The position numbers and the translations under genes were made by a program. Of a stretch of DNA of 32,000 nt, positions 8,237-16,956 are shown piece by piece (positions within the stretch are counted from its first letter, which is position 1; the number at the start of each line of letters is the position of its first letter). The notes under the pieces are model-generated. The model had not been told where the DNA came from. It made no database searches and worked only from the letters and a program-made list of their open reading frames with translations. Source of the DNA: Mycobacterium tuberculosis H37Rv (GTDB taxonomy: Bacteria; Actinomycetota; Actinomycetes; Mycobacteriales; Mycobacteriaceae); contig NC_000962.3 of assembly GCF_000195955.2 (NCBI RefSeq), positions 3,900,001 through 3,932,000 on the forward strand. Direction: 5' to 3'.

Positions 8237-9738
8237 TGGCTCCCTCGGGAGGCCAGGAGGCGCAGATTTGCGATTCGGAGACCTTCGGGGACTCTGACTT
8301 CGTGGTGGTAGCCAATCGACTGCCCGTCGATCTGGAGCGTCTTCCCGACGGCAGCACAACCTGGAAACGCAGCCCCGGAGGCTTGGTCACCGCCTTGGAG
8401 CCGGTGCTGCGGCGTCGGCGCGGGGCCTGGGTCGGCTGGCCCGGCGTTAACGACGACGGGGCCGAACCCGACCTCCACGTGCTGGACGGCCCCATCATCC
8501 AAGACGAGCTGGAACTTCATCCGGTACGGCTGAGCACCACGGACATAGCTCAGTACTACGAGGGATTCTCCAACGCCACACTGTGGCCGCTGTACCACGA
8601 CGTCATCGTCAAGCCGCTCTACCACCGCGAATGGTGGGATCGCTACGTCGACGTCAACCAGCGCTTTGCCGAGGCCGCGTCGCGCGCCGCCGCCCACGGC
8701 GCAACCGTGTGGGTACAGGACTACCAGCTGCAGCTGGTACCGAAGATGCTGCGCATGCTGCGGCCCGATCTGACCATCGGTTTCTTTTTGCACATCCCGT
8801 TCCCGCCGGTAGAGCTGTTTATGCAGATGCCGTGGCGCACCGAGATCATCCAGGGCCTACTGGGCGCCGACCTGGTGGGCTTCCATCTTCCGGGCGGTGC
8901 CCAGAATTTCCTGATCCTGTCCCGGCGTCTGGTCGGCACCGACACTTCCCGCGGAACCGTCGGTGTGCGGTCGCGGTTCGGTGCGGCGGTGCTCGGGTCC
9001 CGCACCATACGAGTTGGCGCCTTTCCTATCTCGGTTGACTCCGGCGCGCTCGACCACGCTGCCCGCGACCGCAACATCAGGCGCCGGGCCCGCGAGATTC
9101 GCACCGAACTGGGAAATCCGCGCAAGATCCTGCTCGGTGTTGACCGGCTCGACTACACCAAGGGCATCGACGTACGGCTGAAGGCCTTTTCCGAGCTGCT
9201 GGCCGAGGGCCGCGTCAAACGCGACGACACCGTCGTGGTCCAGCTGGCTACCCCGAGCCGCGAGCGGGTGGAGAGCTACCAGACGCTGCGCAACGACATC
9301 GAACGCCAGGTCGGCCACATTAACGGCGAGTACGGTGAGGTTGGCCATCCGGTAGTGCATTACCTGCATCGACCGGCTCCGCGCGACGAGCTTATCGCTT
9401 TCTTCGTGGCCAGCGACGTCATGCTGGTCACCCCACTACGCGACGGGATGAACCTGGTGGCCAAGGAGTACGTCGCTTGCCGCAGCGATCTTGGCGGTGC
9501 CCTGGTGCTCAGCGAATTCACCGGGGCCGCAGCCGAACTCCGGCACGCATACCTGGTCAACCCGCACGACCTGGAAGGCGTCAAGGACGGGATAGAGGAA
9601 GCGCTCAACCAGACGGAGGAGGCGGGCCGGCGGCGAATGCGGTCGCTGCGACGCCAAGTGCTCGCCCACGACGTGGACCGCTGGGCACAGTCGTTTCTCG
9701 ACGCTCTCGCCGGGGCACACCCGAGGGGCCAAGGCTAA
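8236..9738 (+). CDS. otsA: Trehalose-6-phosphate synthase (GT20)
   Basis: GT20 signatures: [100 protein letters not shown]. The track ORF begins at GTG 8182. ATG 8236 gives 500 aa and couples to the upstream stop. Confidence 0.93.
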
Positions 9739-9757
9739 CGGTCAAGCCGCTCCCGCT

Positions 9758-9819
9758 CGCGAGCAGACGCAGAATCGCCCATTTCGGCACGAAATTGGGC
9801 GATTCTGCGTCTGCTCGCG
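9758..9819 (+). terminator. Long near-perfect hairpin downstream of otsA, candidate factor-independent (tract-less, mycobacterial type) terminator or RNA-stability element
   Basis: Left arm 9758-9786 (CGCGAGCAGACGCAGAATCGCCCATTTCG), loop GCA 9787-9789, right arm 9790-9819 (CGAAATTGGGCGATTCTGCGTCTGCTCGCG). 29 bp paired with one bulged A. Starts 20 nt after the otsA TAA. No downstream U-tract. Confidence 0.6.
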
Positions 9820-9889
9820 CCCTGGAAGCTGGTGCGGCTGCCCAAAGGCTGTGATACTCGATGGAGCGCGAAGGCCCGAAGGAGGGCAT

Positions 9890-10468
9890 GTGAACATCCG
9901 TTGCGGACTGGCCGCTGGGGCCGTCATCTGCTCGGCCGTCGCACTGGGAATTGCGCTGCACTCCGGTGACCCGGCGCGTGCGCTCGGACCGCCGCCGGAT
10001 GGCAGTTACTCCTTCAACCAGGCCGGAGTGTCCGGGGTGACGTGGACGATTACCGCGCTGTGCGATCAGCCGTCGGGAACCCGTAACATGAACGACTATT
10101 CTGACCCCATCGTTTGGGCGTTCAACTGCGCTCTCAACGTGGTGAGTACGACGCCCCAACAGATCACCCGTACGGACCGGCTGCAGAACTTCAGCGGCAG
10201 GGCTCGGATGAGTAGCATGCTGTGGACCTTCCAGGTGAATCAGGCAGACGGCGTGGCGTGTCCGGACGGCAGCACGGCACCGTCCAGCGAAACCTATGCG
10301 TTCAGCGACGAGACGCTGACCGGGACGCACACCACCGTGCATGGCGCCGTGTGTGGCCTGCAGCCAAAGTTGAGCAAACAACCGTTTTCACTGCAGCTCA
10401 TCGGCCCGCCACCCAGCCCGGTCCAGCGTTATCCGTTGTACTGCAACAACATTGCGATGTGCTATTAA
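9890..10468 (+). CDS. Secreted Cys-rich protein of unknown function (Rv3491-like)
   Basis: GTG 9890 is preceded by a strong GAAGGAGGG SD (9879-9886). Signal-peptide-like N-terminus VNIRCGLAAGAVICSAVALGIALHSG. Six cysteines in the mature part. The track ORF starts 39 nt upstream at GTG 9851. Confidence 0.75.
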   Translation: MNIRCGLAAGAVICSAVALGIALHSGDPARALGPPPDGSYSFNQAGVSGVTWTITALCDQPSGTRNMNDYSDPIVWAFNCALNVVSTTPQQITRTDRLQNFSGRARMSSMLWTFQVNQADGVACPDGSTAPSSETYAFSDETLTGTHTTVHGAVCGLQPKLSKQPFSLQLIGPPPSPVQRYPLYCNNIAMCY

Positions 10469-10947
10469 ATCGGCGTGATGTAGGCGATCAGCCATTTGCC
10501 GTCAATCCGCTGGAAATCCACCCGCAGTCGGCTGCCGTCGTAGAGCGGCTGTCGCGTCTTGTCGGTCACGGTGCGGTTCAAATAGACCATCACCGATGCG
10601 CAATCGCGTTTGGCATCCATGACTCCCACACCGACGACATTGGCCTGGACCACCACTTCACGCTTCTTCGCCTCCGGGATGATCTGCGCATTGGCGCTCT
10701 TCTGGAACTCCTGGCGATAGTCCGGCGTCAGCAGCGGGTACACCGCGGTGAGGCTGCGCTCGACAGTTTGGTAGTCGTAACCGAAGACTTGTGGGATTTC
10801 CTGCATGGCCAGCTTCGGTAACAGTGCCCGCGCCGACGCTTCGCCCCCGGTCTGCACCCGGTCCCAGTAGAACCAGCCACCGGCCGCGGACAAACCCACG
10901 ATGGTGGCGACCATCAGCGCGTAGGCGACGGAAATCAACCGTCTCAT
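10465..10947 (-). CDS. Mce-associated membrane protein (last gene of mce4 operon, Rv3492c-like)
   Basis: N-terminal TM helix (ISVAYALMVATIVGLSAAGGWFYW) followed by a roughly 130-aa soluble domain. Its ATG overlaps the upstream stop as TGATG (10945-10949). Confidence 0.85.
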   Translation of the reverse strand: MRRLISVAYALMVATIVGLSAAGGWFYWDRVQTGGEASARALLPKLAMQEIPQVFGYDYQTVERSLTAVYPLLTPDYRQEFQKSANAQIIPEAKKREVVVQANVVGVGVMDAKRDCASVMVYLNRTVTDKTRQPLYDGSRLRVDFQRIDGKWLIAYITPI

Positions 10948-11675
10948 CAGTTGCCCCCGTCCGGGTACTTCAGGTCGTAGCCGGTCATCCGGCCGTTCTC
11001 GTCCTCATGCACGATGACCCGAAGACGATAGGGCATGGACGGCTTGTTGACGCCGTCGATATCGGCGACCGTCACCCGCACCGACACCAATACCGATGCG
11101 TTGTCGCTGATTTCGTCAATGCCCTCCAACGCGGCGCCGTTGACGACGGCCTCCGATGTCGCGTTGGTGGCCCGGAATAGACCCTTGAGGTTGTCCACGT
11201 TGTTGTTGGCGTTCAGCATGCCGCGTAGCGGCCCACTGGTGCCGTTGACGAACCGGTTCACGCTCTCGTCGATGGTGTCCGGCGTGTAGCTGAACATGTT
11301 GACCACGGTCTGGGTGGCGGCATCGACAAAACGCTGGTTGCGGGCTTGCCGGGCGTCCGCATCCCGGTTCTGCATAACCAGTGCGGTCACACCCCATGCC
11401 AGCGCGGCAATCGCCAATAGGCCTGCCGCCAGCGAAAGCCAGCCGACCAGGACGCGGTGTGCCGGCCGGCGTGGCGGCGGTTTGACCGGCCTCAGGGCGG
11501 GCTTGGCGGCTTTCGCCGGCTTCGATTCGGTCCGCGCCGCGGCCCTCACCGTCGCCGCACCCTGGGCGGGACGGCTCGACTCGCCTTCCGCCGGACCCGC
11601 GGGGCGGGACGCCTTACGACGAGCGCGCCGCGTCGTCGACTGCTGTCCGCCGGCTACACCGGTATCTGCGGCCAC
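10947..11675 (-). CDS. Mce-associated membrane protein (Rv3493c-like)
   Basis: Ala/Arg/Pro-rich disordered N-terminus, one TM helix (VLVGWLSLAAGLLAIAALAWGVTALVM), and a soluble domain paralogous to the downstream gene. GTG at 11675 overlaps the mce4F TAG by 1 nt (TAGTG). The track ORF extends to ATG 11711, which would overlap mce4F by 37 nt. Confidence 0.8.
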   Translation of the reverse strand: MAADTGVAGGQQSTTRRARRKASRPAGPAEGESSRPAQGAATVRAAARTESKPAKAAKPALRPVKPPPRRPAHRVLVGWLSLAAGLLAIAALAWGVTALVMQNRDADARQARNQRFVDAATQTVVNMFSYTPDTIDESVNRFVNGTSGPLRGMLNANNNVDNLKGLFRATNATSEAVVNGAALEGIDEISDNASVLVSVRVTVADIDGVNKPSMPYRLRVIVHEDENGRMTGYDLKYPDGGN

Positions 11676-13369
11676 TACAGCTGCCTCGGATCGCGCATGA
11701 GATCCACCCAATTCTCGGCGCTGGATGCGCCCGTCATCCCGGGCGCGAAGATACCAGTGCCGCCGGCCGGGTCCGCGAAGGCTCCGCTGAGTTGGTCATA
11801 GATGGTGTAGGCCGGACCGCTGGCCTGCGGTTGGGGGCCAGGCGCCGGCCCGGGCGGAGGCCCGGTGCCTTCCGGTGGTGGCGGCGGCGGAATGGTCGCC
11901 GGGTATGGCACCTGGGGTGGCTCCGGCGGGTACCCGGGCGGCATCCATGACGTGAACGGTGGAGGCGGACCGTTGTCGTTGGGCGGCGGCGCAGGCTGCG
12001 CCGGCTGGTGCGGCGCCGGCCCGGGGCCGGCCACCTGGCCGGGTGGCGGCGGTCCGACGATGGGCACGCCCGGGTCGGGATCCGCGCCCGGCGGGATGTA
12101 AGGGAACTTGTTGGGCGGCAGAATGTTTCGCCCATCCGTCACCTCGGTGCCGTACGGGATCGGCGGACCGCGCCACGGGTTGGTTCCAACTGGCACATAG
12201 CCACGCGGATCCCGACATAACTGCACCGTCGGTGCCCGCTTACCGGGGAATTCCTGGCACGGGTAGTTGCGAGCGCCGCGCACCGTGCTCGGGTCGTTCT
12301 GCGCGGTCTTGCAGTACATGTCCCGGGGAATCTCGCGTACCGACTCGTCGGCCGGCGACCGGACCAGCGGCGGGGGCAAGAACCCGGTCATGCAGGGCGG
12401 CGGGTCGTGCAGGTCGATCTTGAAGTCCAGCTTGGCGCCCTCGTCCTGGGGTACGCCGCCCGCCGAGGTGATGATCGCGGCGAACAGCGCCGGGAAAACC
12501 ACCAGGAGCTGTTCGATCGACTTGTGATAGATCACGCCCACCCGGCCCAGGTTGGCCAGACTGGCCGCCAGCGCGGGAAACGAAGGACGAATCCCGGAGA
12601 ACGCGGTGTTGGCCTCGTCGATCGCATCCGGGGCGTCGGCCAACGTGTCGCGCAGCCGCGGGTCTGCCGCACGGAGCTGCCAGGTGAACCGCGCCAGCCC
12701 ATCGGCGAGTGACTTGATGTCCCCGCCGGCGCGGATCTGGGCTTGCAGGAACGGGCCGGCCTGATCGATCAACTGCGAAACCTGTGGATAGTTGGCGTTG
12801 GCCTCATCCACCAGCAACCGGGCCGACTCGATCAGCCGGGCCAGTTCCGGACCGGCGCCATTGGTCGCGATGAACGCCTCGTGCAGCAGCTCCCGCAGCC
12901 GGGTGTCGCCAAGGCTGCCGAGCAGCGTCTCGGCCTGACGCAACAGGTCGGCGACGTCTTGCCCGATTCGGGTGTTCTGCCGCTGGATCCGGAAGCCGTT
13001 GCGCAACTTGGTCGACGACGGGTTCTCCGGCGGCACTAGGTCGATGTACTGCTCACCGATGGCCGAAACGCTGCGTACGGTGGCGGTGACGTTCGACGGA
13101 ATGGCGGTGCCACTGTTCAGTCGCATGTGCGCGGTAACGCCATTGGGATTTAGCCCCACCGACTCCACCCGCCCGACCGCGACACCGCGGTAGGTGACGT
13201 TGGCGTTCTTGTACAGGCCACCGCCCGCGACGAAGTCGGCACTCACGCCGTAGGTTCCGATGCCGAACGTGGCGGGCAGACGCAGATAAAAGATCGCCAT
13301 CACGCTCAGGGTGATGACGGTGATCACCGCAAAAATGGACAACTGGATCTTGGCGAGTCGGTCGATCAT
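11675..13369 (-). CDS. mce4F: MCE-family protein Mce4F
   Basis: ATG 13369 (MIDRLAKIQLSIFAVITVITLSV...). TM helix then MCE/MlaD core (YGVSADFVAGGGLYKNANVTYRGVAVGRVESV), a helical region, and a long Pro-rich C-terminal tail. The track ORF begins at TTG 13456 inside lprN; rejected. Confidence 0.92.
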   Translation of the reverse strand: MIDRLAKIQLSIFAVITVITLSVMAIFYLRLPATFGIGTYGVSADFVAGGGLYKNANVTYRGVAVGRVESVGLNPNGVTAHMRLNSGTAIPSNVTATVRSVSAIGEQYIDLVPPENPSSTKLRNGFRIQRQNTRIGQDVADLLRQAETLLGSLGDTRLRELLHEAFIATNGAGPELARLIESARLLVDEANANYPQVSQLIDQAGPFLQAQIRAGGDIKSLADGLARFTWQLRAADPRLRDTLADAPDAIDEANTAFSGIRPSFPALAASLANLGRVGVIYHKSIEQLLVVFPALFAAIITSAGGVPQDEGAKLDFKIDLHDPPPCMTGFLPPPLVRSPADESVREIPRDMYCKTAQNDPSTVRGARNYPCQEFPGKRAPTVQLCRDPRGYVPVGTNPWRGPPIPYGTEVTDGRNILPPNKFPYIPPGADPDPGVPIVGPPPPGQVAGPGPAPHQPAQPAPPPNDNGPPPPFTSWMPPGYPPEPPQVPYPATIPPPPPPEGTGPPPGPAPGPQPQASGPAYTIYDQLSGAFADPAGGTGIFAPGMTGASSAENWVDLMRDPRQL

Positions 13370-13379
13370 GTCCGGGCCC

Positions 13380-14534
13380 CTACTGTCCCGACGCCGTACC
13401 GGGTGGAATCTTAAATGGGTCGGCCGCTTGCCCGGACAGGTTGGCCAGTTCGCCAATCAGGAAGTCGGGCGGGTTGAGGATCTCGTCCATGTGCGCCATG
13501 TTCGGGTCGAAGTACGCCGTGGTGAAGAACGTCTCACCAATCCGGCGCAGGGTGAGGTCGAAGGTGGTGAACACGTTAAGATAGTCGCCGCGCACCGCCT
13601 GCTTGATACCGAAGTTGGGAAATGGGAACGTCAGCAACAGCTGCAGCGAGGTGACGAAATCCTTTCGGTCGTCGTTGAGGGCCTTGACGATCGAGTAGAG
13701 GTCTTTGAGGTCTTCACCGAAATCCACCTTGGTCTCGGCCAGCACGTGCGACGTGACCATCGTCAACCTTTTGAGCGCGGCGAACGCGTCGACGATGTGG
13801 TCCCGGTTCTGGTTGAGCACGCGAACCGCGTCGGGCAGCGTGTCCAGTGCTCGGCCCAGGTTGTCCTTGTCACGTGCCAGGATCGCGGAGACTCGGTTCA
13901 GCCCATCCAACGCATCGATGATGTCGTGAACCTGCCGGTTCAGGCCCGCCGTCAACTCCGCGAGCCTGGGGACCAGGTTGACGAACTGGGCCTGCCGACC
14001 CGCCACCGCCTGGTGGGTCTCGTCAATGATCTCTTCCAACGCACCGACGTTACCCTTGTTGACCACCACCCCCAGCGCCGAGAAAACCTCCTCGGTGGTG
14101 GGGAATCGGTCGGTGTTGGCCTCGGTGATTCTCGAGCCGTCAACCAACCTCCCGGTCGGCGGGCGGTCCGTCGGTGGCGCCAGCTCTACATGTAACGAAC
14201 CCAGCAGCGAGGTCTGGGAGACCTTCGCCACGGCGTTGGCCGGCAGCAACACATTCTTGTCCAGGTCCAGCTTCACGGCGGCATAAAAGGATCCGTCGGG
14301 TCGTTGGACCGCGACAATGCCGGCCACGCTGCCGACGGTGACGTCATCGACCATGACCGGTGAGTTCTGCGGCAACGTCGCCACATCAGCCATTTCGACG
14401 GTGACCGAGTAGGCACCTTCACCGTGCCCGGCGGTGCCAGGCAGCGGCAGCGAGTTCAGCCCGCCAAACTGACAGCCGGCAAGCAGCGCGCTGCTGGCCG
14501 TCAATATGATGGCGCGCAACCAGATTCGGTTCAT
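13380..14534 (-). CDS. lprN: MCE-family lipoprotein LprN (Mce4E)
   Basis: ATG 14534 gives MNRIWLRAIILTASSALLAGCQFGG with lipobox LLAGC. MCE core YSVTVEMADVATLPQNSPVMVDDVTVGSVAGI. Its start overlaps the mce4D stop as ATGA (14531-14534). The track ORF extension to 14669 overlaps mce4D and is rejected. Confidence 0.92.
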   Translation of the reverse strand: MNRIWLRAIILTASSALLAGCQFGGLNSLPLPGTAGHGEGAYSVTVEMADVATLPQNSPVMVDDVTVGSVAGIVAVQRPDGSFYAAVKLDLDKNVLLPANAVAKVSQTSLLGSLHVELAPPTDRPPTGRLVDGSRITEANTDRFPTTEEVFSALGVVVNKGNVGALEEIIDETHQAVAGRQAQFVNLVPRLAELTAGLNRQVHDIIDALDGLNRVSAILARDKDNLGRALDTLPDAVRVLNQNRDHIVDAFAALKRLTMVTSHVLAETKVDFGEDLKDLYSIVKALNDDRKDFVTSLQLLLTFPFPNFGIKQAVRGDYLNVFTTFDLTLRRIGETFFTTAYFDPNMAHMDEILNPPDFLIGELANLSGQAADPFKIPPGTASGQ

Positions 14535-15886
14535 CCGCCGCCCCCATGCTCGCCCGGTCCTGCCCCCGGCGCCGGCGGGGCCGGTGCCGGACCGGGCGCC
14601 GGTGGGACGAGTAGGCTCTGCAGATCCGCGGGGTTGCCCACAGGCGCTCCTCCTCCCGCGGGTACCCAAGTCAATTCCGGAACCGGCGTCTCCGACTTGG
14701 CCTCGGTGGCCGGGGTGTCGTAGATGATCTGGCCCTTGTACGCCGTGATCGTGTTAAGCGGGTGGAACATGATCGGCGGGTAATTCACCGTGAGCCGGCG
14801 CAGCACCGGCCCCAGCCGCTCACGGCAGATCTCGGCGCGCCGGTAGTAGTCCGGCGCCGACGGGCCCGCGGCGGTATCGAAGGAACCGCCGCAGATGAAC
14901 TGCACCGGGTTAGCGAAGTTGGGTATCGACAACAGACCGTTGAGGGTGCCTTGCGCAGGGTCATAGATGTTGTAGAAGTTGGTGATCCCCGGCCCAGCCA
15001 CGTGCAGCACTTGCTCGATGTTCTCGCTCTGGTCACTCAACGTCTGCGCAAAGTCGTTGAGCTGATTCACCGTTTCGATCAGCGTCGAGTTGTTCTCGCG
15101 CAAGAACCCCCTGATGTCGGACAGCGCCTGGTTGAGCGTGCCCAGGGTCTGGTCCAGATTGGCCGAGCTGTCGGCGAGCACCTGCGACACCGATGCCACG
15201 TGGCCGGCGAACTGCACAATCTGCTCGTCGCTCTCCGATAGCGCGTCGACCAGTACCTGCAGGTTCTTGACGGTGCCGAAGATGTCGCCGCGCGAATCCC
15301 CCAGCCGCCCGGCGACCTGCGCAAGCTCGCGCAACGCGTTGTGTAACGAGTCTCCGTTGCCGTCAAGGGTGTCCGCGGCCTGGTTGATCGCCGCGCCCAG
15401 CGGCCCCTGCAGCTCGCCCGCCGCCGGACTCAGGTCGGCGGCCAACCGGGTGAGCCCCTCTTTCACCTCGTCCCATTCCACCGGCACCGCGGTGCGATCC
15501 AGATCGATCCGACCGTTGTCGGGCAGTACCGCCCCGCCGGTATACACCGGGGTGAGCTGAATGAAGCGCGCCGCCACCAAATTCGGCGACATGATCACGG
15601 CCTGCACGTCCACGGGCACCTTGACGTCCTTGGACACCGACATAGTGATCTTGACGTCGGACGACCGCGGCTCGATCATGTCGATCTCACCCACCGGGAC
15701 GCCCAGGACGCGGACCTGGTCACCGGGATAGAGCCCGACAGCAGAGGTGAAGTAGCCCACGATGGTGCGCTTATTACCGGTGGACGAGAGCACGTACACG
15801 CCGCCCACCAGCGCGGCCACCAGCGCGATCACCGTGGCGTAGCGCAATCCCCGGCTCCCCGTCAACATGGCGACCCGGCCCATCAC
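14531..15886 (-). CDS. mce4D: MCE-family protein Mce4D
   Basis: GTG 15886 (an ATG follows 3 nt later) overlaps the mce4C TGA. TM helix (YATVIALVAALVGGVYVL). MCE core IVGYFTSAVGLYPGDQVRVLGVPVGEIDMI. Short Pro/Gly-rich C-terminus. Confidence 0.92.
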   Translation of the reverse strand: MMGRVAMLTGSRGLRYATVIALVAALVGGVYVLSSTGNKRTIVGYFTSAVGLYPGDQVRVLGVPVGEIDMIEPRSSDVKITMSVSKDVKVPVDVQAVIMSPNLVAARFIQLTPVYTGGAVLPDNGRIDLDRTAVPVEWDEVKEGLTRLAADLSPAAGELQGPLGAAINQAADTLDGNGDSLHNALRELAQVAGRLGDSRGDIFGTVKNLQVLVDALSESDEQIVQFAGHVASVSQVLADSSANLDQTLGTLNQALSDIRGFLRENNSTLIETVNQLNDFAQTLSDQSENIEQVLHVAGPGITNFYNIYDPAQGTLNGLLSIPNFANPVQFICGGSFDTAAGPSAPDYYRRAEICRERLGPVLRRLTVNYPPIMFHPLNTITAYKGQIIYDTPATEAKSETPVPELTWVPAGGGAPVGNPADLQSLLVPPAPGPAPAPPAPGAGPGEHGGGG

Positions 15887-16956
15887 GGCGACTTCGGTCT
15901 GATGATCCAGCGCTCCTGGATAAACCCGCGCAAGTAATCGGCGAGGCTATCCGGCAGCTTGCCCGGCTGAAAGACCAGGTCGAACACGGTCGCCACCAGC
16001 GGCCCGGGCAGCACGCTGTAGACGTTGACATTGAATCCGGGTCCGGATCCGACCACCTCCCCCAGCGTGGTCGCGTACGTGGGCAGCCGCTTGAGGGCCT
16101 CGGTGATATAGTCGCGGCGCTCGTTGAGGTTGGCCAGCACCAGGTTGAGCTTGCTCAAAGCCGGGCCGAACTCCTTACGGTTGTCGGCGACAAAGCCGGA
16201 AATCTGCGCTGCAACATCGTCGATCCCAGAGATCAACGCGCTGAGCGCGGCCCGCCGGGCATCGAGCGCCGCAAACAACTGGTTGCCGTCCTCGACCAGC
16301 TTGTTGACCTGTTCGGCGCGTTCGGACAACACCGATGTCACCGACTTGGCGTGCGCCAGCAGGCCTTGCAGCGCTTCGTCGCGACGATTCAGGGCGCGCG
16401 ACAGCGACGTCAGCCCGTCCACGGCACCACGCACCTGCGGGGTGGCGTCATGCAAGGCCTGGGTGAACACGTTCAAGGCCTGCTCGAACTGCGGCCTATT
16501 CAGGTCGTTGGCGTTGCGGCCCAGATCCTGCAGCACCCCGTTGAGCGTGTAGGGCGTGGTGGTCCGGCTCAACGGAATCGTGGTCGACTTGCCGGAGCCA
16601 GCCGGACTGACCGCGATGGAGCGCTCGCCGAGGATGGTGTCGGTGCGGATCGCGGCCAGGGACTGGTCGCCGACGACGATGCTGCGGTCCACGCTGAAGG
16701 TGACCTTTGCACTGTTTCCGGCCAGACTCACGGCCGACACCGCGCCCACCTTGAGGCCCGAGACATAAACCGAGTTACCGGGGGTGATCCCACCGGCGTC
16801 GGTGAAATACGCGTCGTAGGTTTTGCCCTGTGGCCAGAAAGGCAACCCGCTGTAGCCGAATGCGATCAGGACGACGCAGATCACCAGCACCAGGCCGAAG
16901 ATGCCGGTGCGGAGCGGGTCGCGTTCGTGTTTGCTACTTGGCTTCCTATTTAGCAA
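15883..16956 (-). CDS. mce4C: MCE-family protein Mce4C
   Basis: TTG start at 16956, overlapping the mce4B 3' end by 11 nt. TM helix (GIFGLVLVICVVLIAFGY). MCE core YDAYFTDAGGITPGNSVYVSGLKVGAVSAV. Confidence 0.9.
   Translation of the reverse strand: MLNRKPSSKHERDPLRTGIFGLVLVICVVLIAFGYSGLPFWPQGKTYDAYFTDAGGITPGNSVYVSGLKVGAVSAVSLAGNSAKVTFSVDRSIVVGDQSLAAIRTDTILGERSIAVSPAGSGKSTTIPLSRTTTPYTLNGVLQDLGRNANDLNRPQFEQALNVFTQALHDATPQVRGAVDGLTSLSRALNRRDEALQGLLAHAKSVTSVLSERAEQVNKLVEDGNQLFAALDARRAALSALISGIDDVAAQISGFVADNRKEFGPALSKLNLVLANLNERRDYITEALKRLPTYATTLGEVVGSGPGFNVNVYSVLPGPLVATVFDLVFQPGKLPDSLADYLRGFIQERWIIRPKSP

Noticed and set aside
7610-8359. 249-aa minus-strand ORF spanning the PadR gene, the small ORF and the otsA 5' end
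   Set aside because: It is antisense to three genes with clear family signatures or coupling. Its product is Arg/Pro/Gly-rich low-complexity, typical of a high-GC shadow ORF.
9605-10381. 258-aa minus-strand ORF opposite the secreted-protein gene and crossing the otsA hairpin
   Set aside because: A shadow ORF. The sense gene has a strong SD and signal peptide. The ORF would have to read through a 62-nt perfect hairpin and the otsA 3' end.
13370-13456. N-terminal extensions suggested by the ORF track for mce4F (to 13456), lprN (to 14669), mce4A (to 19290), fadE26 (from 22357), PadR (from 7592), otsA (from 8182) and the secreted protein (from 9851)
   Set aside because: The extensions overlap the upstream gene or regulatory elements and encode Arg/Pro-rich junk. 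Each is followed by an internal ATG/GTG that gives a proper TM helix, lipobox, signal peptide or SD and the classic 1-4 nt operon overlaps.
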